From an uncultured Pelagibacteraceae bacterium (GTDB lineage Bacteria > Pseudomonadota > Alphaproteobacteria > Pelagibacterales > Pelagibacteraceae): a DNA stretch of 64,000 nucleotides. Positions 59,077 through 64,000 of the stretch are shown here, piece by piece. Position 1 is the first letter of the stretch; each line of letters begins with the position of its first letter. A program made the translations under genes and the position numbers. The notes under the pieces are model-generated. The model did no database searches and was not told the origin of the DNA. It saw only the letters and a list, made by a program, of their open reading frames with translations. Location of the stretch: positions 12,294 through 76,293 of the forward strand of contig CACIFV010000003.1 of assembly GCA_902586025.1 (NCBI GenBank), given 5' to 3'.

Positions 59077-60057
59077 TTATTTACTCAATTTTCTTAGCTT
59101 TTTTAAGATATCATTTAATTCGATTGGGATATTTGATGAAAATTCTAATCTTTCTCCTATCCTTGGATGGTTAAAACCTAACTGTTTTGCATGCAAAAAT
59201 TGTCTATCTAGATTTGAAATTTTATCATTAAGATCTTCATCAATATTTTTAAATTTCTTAAATTTCTTTTTATATTTTTTATCACCAAGAATATTATTGC
59301 CTTTGTATGACATATGAACTCTTATTTGATGAGTTCTCCCAGTTTCTAATTTACATTGTATAAAGCTAAAAGTTGGAACTTTATCATTCTCGAAAACTTC
59401 TAATGTTTCATAATGTGTAATTGCCTTTTTACCTTTGCTAGATGAGACCTCCATCATCTGTCTGTTTTTAGAACTTCTAGTTATGAAGGTTTCAATTTTT
59501 CCTTTTTGTGGTCTTAGTTTTCCCCATATTAAAGTTTGATAAACTCTAGTTATAGAATGTTCAGAGAATTGAATTGATAATTTTTCATGGGTTAAATTAT
59601 TTTTTGCAATTACAATTAATCCTGATGTATCCTTATCAATTCTATGTACTATACCAGGTCTTAGTTCATCTCCAATATCAGATAAATTTTTACCATTATA
59701 ATTCATTAAAGCGTTAACTATTGTATTATCGTAATTACCAGCACCAGGGTGCATTGAAATTCCAGAAGGTTTGTCAATTACAATTAAGTCTTCATCTTCA
59801 TAAATTATGTTTAATTTAAAATTATAAGGTTTTATGCTTTGCTTCTTAGGTTCAACAATTTCAAGATCAATTTTGTCATTTAATTTTGTTTTAACTGAAG
59901 GATCTTTTATAATTTTCTCGTTAATTTTTAATTTACTATCTAGAATTAAATTTTTTACTCTAGTTCTGCTTAACCTCTTATCATGATTTGCTAATATCGT
60001 GTCTACTCTCTTGTTATTATCATCTTCTTTAATAATAAAATTGATGAAATTTTTCAT
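59077..60057 (-). CDS. rluD: RluA/RluD family pseudouridine synthase
   Basis: S4 domain, GIVHRIDKDTSG, LETGRTHQIRVH, RQFLHA. Confidence 0.92.
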   Translation of the reverse strand: MKNFINFIIKEDDNNKRVDTILANHDKRLSRTRVKNLILDSKLKINEKIIKDPSVKTKLNDKIDLEIVEPKKQSIKPYNFKLNIIYEDEDLIVIDKPSGISMHPGAGNYDNTIVNALMNYNGKNLSDIGDELRPGIVHRIDKDTSGLIVIAKNNLTHEKLSIQFSEHSITRVYQTLIWGKLRPQKGKIETFITRSSKNRQMMEVSSSKGKKAITHYETLEVFENDKVPTFSFIQCKLETGRTHQIRVHMSYKGNNILGDKKYKKKFKKFKNIDEDLNDKISNLDRQFLHAKQLGFNHPRIGERLEFSSNIPIELNDILKKLRKLSK

Positions 60058-60080
60058 AAATTATTATATTAAATTATTAT

Positions 60081-60157
60081 GCGTTCGTAGCTCAACTGGA
60101 TAGAGCGCCAGATTTCGGCTCTGGAGGTTCAGGGTTCGACTCCTTGCGGGCGCACCA
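60081..60157 (+). tRNA. tRNA-Arg with anticodon TCG
   Basis: GCGTTCG acceptor pairs with CGGGCGC-A-CCA; D-loop contains A20; arm CCAGA-TT-TCG-GC-TCTGG; TTCGA T-loop. Confidence 0.93.
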
Positions 60158-60949
60158 CTATTCCCCCATATTAATAAGCGTTCCTTTTTTTTTTGCGACA
60201 TTGAAAGAATAATAGAATAATGCAATTGATAATACAAAGTAAACCCCATTCCAAATGAATGCATTGTAGATATTTTGAATGTCTACAGTTTGATTAATCA
60301 AAATATTTCTTGCTTCTTCGAAAATGTATACCAATGGTAATAAGTAAGCTATTTTTTGAAACAATTCTGGCAATATTTCTATTGGATAATATATACATCC
60401 AAAGGGTGCTAATAGAAACATTGTGGACCATGCTATATTTTCAAAAGAGGGTCCGTATCTCAATAGACCAGCTGACACAAGGATGCCAAGTGTTATTCCA
60501 AATAAATAGAGGCTCAAAAATAAAAAGAATAAAAATATTCCTAAATCTAAAATAGAAATACCAAACAGCGGAGAGGTTAAAAGTACTGCTGGTATTAAAC
60601 CTATGAGAGCTCTTATTAAAGCTGTAGCAACAAGTGAAGTTAATATTTCACCAATTTTCATTGGCGCAATAAATAAATTTGTAAAGTTTCTACTCCAAAT
60701 TTCCTCAAGAAATAGCATATTAAATCCAATACTAGTTCTAAAAAGAAAATCATAAAGTATTGCACAAGTTAATATAACTCCAACTGCATTATTATAATAT
60801 GTTGTATGTGTAGCAAAAAAATTTGAGATAAATCCCCACAAAGTAATTTGAATAGTTGGCCAATAAACAAGATCCAAAACCCTTGGGAAAGATCTGGTAA
60901 TTAAATAAAAATGTCTTAAAAAAAGACCATACATTCTAGTTAAGCTCAT
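60158..60949 (-). CDS. ABC-2 type transporter permease
   Basis: About six TMs, EEIWSRNFTNLFIAP, IYYPI..LP; overlaps the upstream ATPase gene. Confidence 0.85.
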   Translation of the reverse strand: MSLTRMYGLFLRHFYLITRSFPRVLDLVYWPTIQITLWGFISNFFATHTTYYNNAVGVILTCAILYDFLFRTSIGFNMLFLEEIWSRNFTNLFIAPMKIGEILTSLVATALIRALIGLIPAVLLTSPLFGISILDLGIFLFFLFLSLYLFGITLGILVSAGLLRYGPSFENIAWSTMFLLAPFGCIYYPIEILPELFQKIAYLLPLVYIFEEARNILINQTVDIQNIYNAFIWNGVYFVLSIALFYYSFNVAKKKGTLINMGE

Positions 60950-61673
60950 TTTTACTCCTTGTTAATTTTAAAAAAACTTCCTCAAGGTTTTTTCTGCCGT
61001 GTTTATTTATTAATTCTTCAGGATTTCCTTTATCTATAATAATTCCGTCTTTCATCATAAGAATAGATTTACAAAGCCTACTGACTTCATTCATATTATG
61101 AGAAGCGAGAAGTATAGATATTTTTTTTTCTTTTTTATAATTTTCCAAAAAAGATCTAACAAAATCACCTACTTCTGGATCTAATGATGCAGTTGGCTCA
61201 TCTAGTAGTAATACTTTTGGTTCATTGATTAATGCTTTTGCCAAACTAACTCTATTTTTTTGTCCAGATGATAATTCTCCTGTAATGCTATTGAGTAATC
61301 CTCCCAATCTTAATTTTTCTGATAAATATTCAATCCTCTCATTAATATTATTTATTTTATATAATTTTCCATAAACGGTTAGATTTTGTTTAACCGTAAG
61401 TTTTTTTGGTAATTCAATATATGGAGATATGAAGTTTATTTGTTCCAAGATTTCAATCCTATTTCCCTCCAATTTTTGACCATTTATCAAAATTTCTCCA
61501 CTAGTTGGTTTTAAAAGTCCTAACAACATACCAATGGTGGTTGTTTTGCCTGAGCCATTTGGACCTAATAGGCCTAAAATTTCGTCTTCTTTTATGTTAA
61601 AGCTTATTCCTTTTACAGCCTCATTCTTTCCATAATTTTTTTTAATATTTTTTACTTCGACTAAATTCTTCAT
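60936..61673 (-). CDS. ABC transporter ATP-binding protein (ABC-2/NodI-like)
   Basis: GPNGSGKTT, LSSGQ, LLLDEPT, SH. Confidence 0.9.
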   Translation of the reverse strand: MKNLVEVKNIKKNYGKNEAVKGISFNIKEDEILGLLGPNGSGKTTTIGMLLGLLKPTSGEILINGQKLEGNRIEILEQINFISPYIELPKKLTVKQNLTVYGKLYKINNINERIEYLSEKLRLGGLLNSITGELSSGQKNRVSLAKALINEPKVLLLDEPTASLDPEVGDFVRSFLENYKKEKKISILLASHNMNEVSRLCKSILMMKDGIIIDKGNPEELINKHGRKNLEEVFLKLTRSKNELN

Positions 61674-62605
61674 TTTTTCGATGCTCTAAGAAGTCTATCG
61701 TTAATCACTAATCCAAAGTTTCGGTTTGGTATTCTTTGCACAGCTATTTTTCTGTAACCTAGCTTCTTAATTTTTCTTAATGTTTTATACAAATTTTTAC
61801 CACTCTCCATTAGATTATTTGTCTTACTTAAATAAAAATAATTCTTATTATTTTCTTTTTTCTTCTTGATTAGGATAAAAGCCTCATCTTTTTTTATTTT
61901 AATTGCGTTTAATCTAATGGGTATACCTGGTGAATAATGAACTCTCCCTCTTCCTGGAGAATTTATATTGTTTTTACCATGCAATTTAGTTTTTAAATTT
62001 GTTTTTAATTTTTTTTTTAATATAGAAATATCTAAACCGCCCAATCTTAAAATTTGGGGTTTTTTTACTAAACTTATTATTGTAGATTCAACACCAACTT
62101 TTGATCTTCCACCTTCTAGAATAAATTTAATTTTTTCTCCAAATTCATCATATACGTCATCTTTTGTTACCGGACTTATCCCTTTAGAAATATTTGCGCT
62201 TGGTGCTGCTAAAGGATATTTTAAAGATTTTAATAATATTCTAGCGGTTCGGTGACTTGGAAATCTTACACCTAATGTTTTTTTGTTATTAGTAACGTTT
62301 TTTGAAATTTTGCTTTCATTTTTTAGTTTTAATATAAAGGTAATTGGTCCAGGGCATAATGAATTATAAAGTTTATAAAACAAAGTATTTGTCTCACAAT
62401 CTTTTTCCAAATCTTTAATATTATAATAATGAACTATTAAGGGGTTATCAGAAGGCCTTCCTTTTAATTTAAATATTTTTTTAGTGCCTTTATCAGAATA
62501 GGCATTAGCAGCTAATCCATAGACAGTTTCTGTAGGTATTCCAATACATTCGTTATTATTTAAATATTTTACTGCTTTTTTAATATTTGAATCATTAATT
62601 TTCAT
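61670..62605 (-). CDS. sua5: L-threonylcarbamoyladenylate synthase (Sua5)
   Basis: PTETVYGL, KGRPSDNPLIVH, AAPSAN, GVESTII, SPG...HYSP, INDRL.RA. Confidence 0.93.
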   Translation of the reverse strand: MKINDSNIKKAVKYLNNNECIGIPTETVYGLAANAYSDKGTKKIFKLKGRPSDNPLIVHYYNIKDLEKDCETNTLFYKLYNSLCPGPITFILKLKNESKISKNVTNNKKTLGVRFPSHRTARILLKSLKYPLAAPSANISKGISPVTKDDVYDEFGEKIKFILEGGRSKVGVESTIISLVKKPQILRLGGLDISILKKKLKTNLKTKLHGKNNINSPGRGRVHYSPGIPIRLNAIKIKKDEAFILIKKKKENNKNYFYLSKTNNLMESGKNLYKTLRKIKKLGYRKIAVQRIPNRNFGLVINDRLLRASKK

Positions 62606-62625
62606 ATAATATTACAAACTATTAT

Positions 62626-62880
62626 ATGAATGAAAAAATTTTGCCAGATGATATTGAATTAAAATCTTTGAGTGAACTCACAGATATAGCAGATCGTTTA
62701 ATTCAAAAATTAGAAAATAAAAAAAATTTGGAAGAATCCGTTCAAGATTATCAATATTTAATAAAGTTAAACAATATAATAGAAAAAAAATTTCAAAAGG
62801 ACTCAAAAAATATATCTGAAAGTACCAAGCTAAAAATAGAAGAATTAACCTCAAAAAAAAATGAAAAAAAAATTAGTTAA
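62626..62880 (+). CDS. xseB: Divergent exodeoxyribonuclease VII small subunit-like protein
   Basis: Helical SL.EL...I.KLE...LEES...Y pattern; conserved xseB-ispA-dxs position. Confidence 0.55.
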   Translation: MNEKILPDDIELKSLSELTDIADRLIQKLENKKNLEESVQDYQYLIKLNNIIEKKFQKDSKNISESTKLKIEELTSKKNEKKIS

Positions 62881-63730
62881 AACTGTTAACGAAGTAAATA
62901 AATTTTTAAAAAATTACTTAGCAAAACAAAAAAAAACAGATCTAATTATACCTATTAAGTATGGTCTATTTCCTGGAGGAAAAAAAATAAGATCTAAGCT
63001 TATTTTTGATGTTGGAAAAATTTTTAATGTAGAAAAAAAATATCTTTTATATTTAAGTTCAGCCGTTGAATGTATACACGCTTATTCACTAATACATGAC
63101 GATTTACCGTGTATGGATGATGATGATATTAGAAGAGGTAAACTAACTACACATAAAAAATTTGGAGAATCAACAGCTGTTTTAGCTGGAAACTCCCTTT
63201 TGACATTAGCTTTTGAAATTTTATCTGATCCAAAGTTCAATATAAATAACAATAAAAAAATATCCCTAATAAATCTAATATCTCAATCATCAGGTCACCA
63301 AGGAATAGCCGGAGGTCAATTTTTGGATTTAAATTATGAAAGAAAAAAAGTTTCTAAACAAAAAGTTATAGATATGGAGATTAAAAAGACTGGAAAATTA
63401 TTTTCATTCAGCTGTTTGTCTCCAGTTATTTTGACAAATAAAAAAGATCAAATAAAAAAATTCTCAATTATTGGTGAAAAAATTGGTTTACTTTTTCAAA
63501 TTGCAGATGATTTAATTGATTATAGCAGTACATCAAAAACTGCAGGAAAAAAAACAAATAAAGATTCAAAAAGGGGAAAAGCAACATTAATAAGTTTACT
63601 AGGATATAAAAATGCTATTAAATATGCTTCAAAACTAAAAAAAGAAATATTTAATAGTTTAGTAAGCTATGGAAATAATGCTAGTGATTTAAAAGAGACA
63701 ATTGAATTTATATTAAGTAGAAATAAATAA
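62861..63730 (+). CDS. ispA: Farnesyl diphosphate synthase
   Basis: GGKKIR, SLIHDDLPCMDDDDIRRG, KTG, FQIADD. Confidence 0.93.
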   Translation: MKKKLVKTVNEVNKFLKNYLAKQKKTDLIIPIKYGLFPGGKKIRSKLIFDVGKIFNVEKKYLLYLSSAVECIHAYSLIHDDLPCMDDDDIRRGKLTTHKKFGESTAVLAGNSLLTLAFEILSDPKFNINNNKKISLINLISQSSGHQGIAGGQFLDLNYERKKVSKQKVIDMEIKKTGKLFSFSCLSPVILTNKKDQIKKFSIIGEKIGLLFQIADDLIDYSSTSKTAGKKTNKDSKRGKATLISLLGYKNAIKYASKLKKEIFNSLVSYGNNASDLKETIEFILSRNK

Positions 63731-64000
63731 ATGCAAAATTACAAATATTTAAATAATATTAATTTTCCTTCAGATATAAAAAAACTCAATAATGAAGAAT
63801 TAAAAGTTCTATCAGAAGAAGTAAGAAGCGAAATGATTGATGCTGTTTCAAAAACAGGTGGTCATCTAGGTGCGGGCTTAGGTGTTGTAGAATTAACAGT
63901 AGCACTTCATCATATTTTTGACACACCTAAAGACAAATTGATATGGGATGTTGGTCATCAATCATACCCTCATAAAATTTTAACAGGAAGAAAAGATAAA
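63731..64000 (+). CDS. dxs: 1-deoxy-D-xylulose-5-phosphate synthase, 3'-truncated (not in the ORF track)
   Basis: Manual translation ...[46 protein letters not shown]. Confidence 0.95.
   Translation, partial: MQNYKYLNNINFPSDIKKLNNEELKVLSEEVRSEMIDAVSKTGGHLGAGLGVVELTVALHHIFDTPKDKLIWDVGHQSYPHKILTGRKDK

Noticed and set aside
60064-60264. Minus-strand 66-aa ORF
   Set aside because: Runs antisense through tRNA-Arg and out of frame within the ABC permease
1-64000. CRISPR arrays, IS elements, integrases, prophage or defence genes
   Set aside because: No regularly spaced repeats, transposase, integrase, phage structural or defence motifs seen; intergenic gaps are all short

Overview
This is a very AT-rich, extremely gene-dense alphaproteobacterial fragment whose gene content and order fit Pelagibacterales (SAR11). 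Bases 1-25939 are the distal part of a cell-surface glycan island: NDP-sugar enzymes, GT2/GT4 glycosyltransferases, a PglK-like flippase, WecA, an O-antigen-ligase-like protein, two LIC_10190-like polytopic membrane proteins, an SGNH protein and an SDR-cupin-C-methyltransferase fusion. The island ends at a stand-alone 5S rRNA gene (25984-26099), matching the known SAR11 HVR2 layout. Core genome follows: rpmJ, a 36-aa ctaH-like ORF, pntAA/pntAB/pntB, tal, an sxtJ/sxtK/sxtI-like carbamoyltransferase trio, tRNA-fMet, rpsU, trcR, rpmE, suhB, efp, thiE, fba-pgk-gap-tkt, zapA-ygfA-ymdB-yebC-ruvC, tol-pal, tilS-ftsH-folP-glmM-thiD-purA, rpoH, rluD, tRNA-Arg(UCG), an ABC-2 exporter, sua5 and xseB-ispA-dxs. 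The best candidate for an undescribed system is the 49-aa SxtK/DUF5989 micro-protein (missing from the ORF track). It ends in FIYTIF-COOH, resembling the tyrosine acyl-shuttle hexapeptide of DltX/AlgI-type systems, but it is paired with an O-carbamoyltransferase rather than an MBOAT, and an orphan membrane-anchored SGNH lies in the glycan island. Together these suggest a trans-membrane carbamoyl relay for envelope glycans. Other highlights are a probable AUU start with a strong SD for rpsU, a MOC1/phage-type resolvase at the ruvC position with no ruvAB, no 6S RNA between zapA and ygfA, and tRNA-Arg(UCG). All assignments come from motif recognition by eye; no searches were run.
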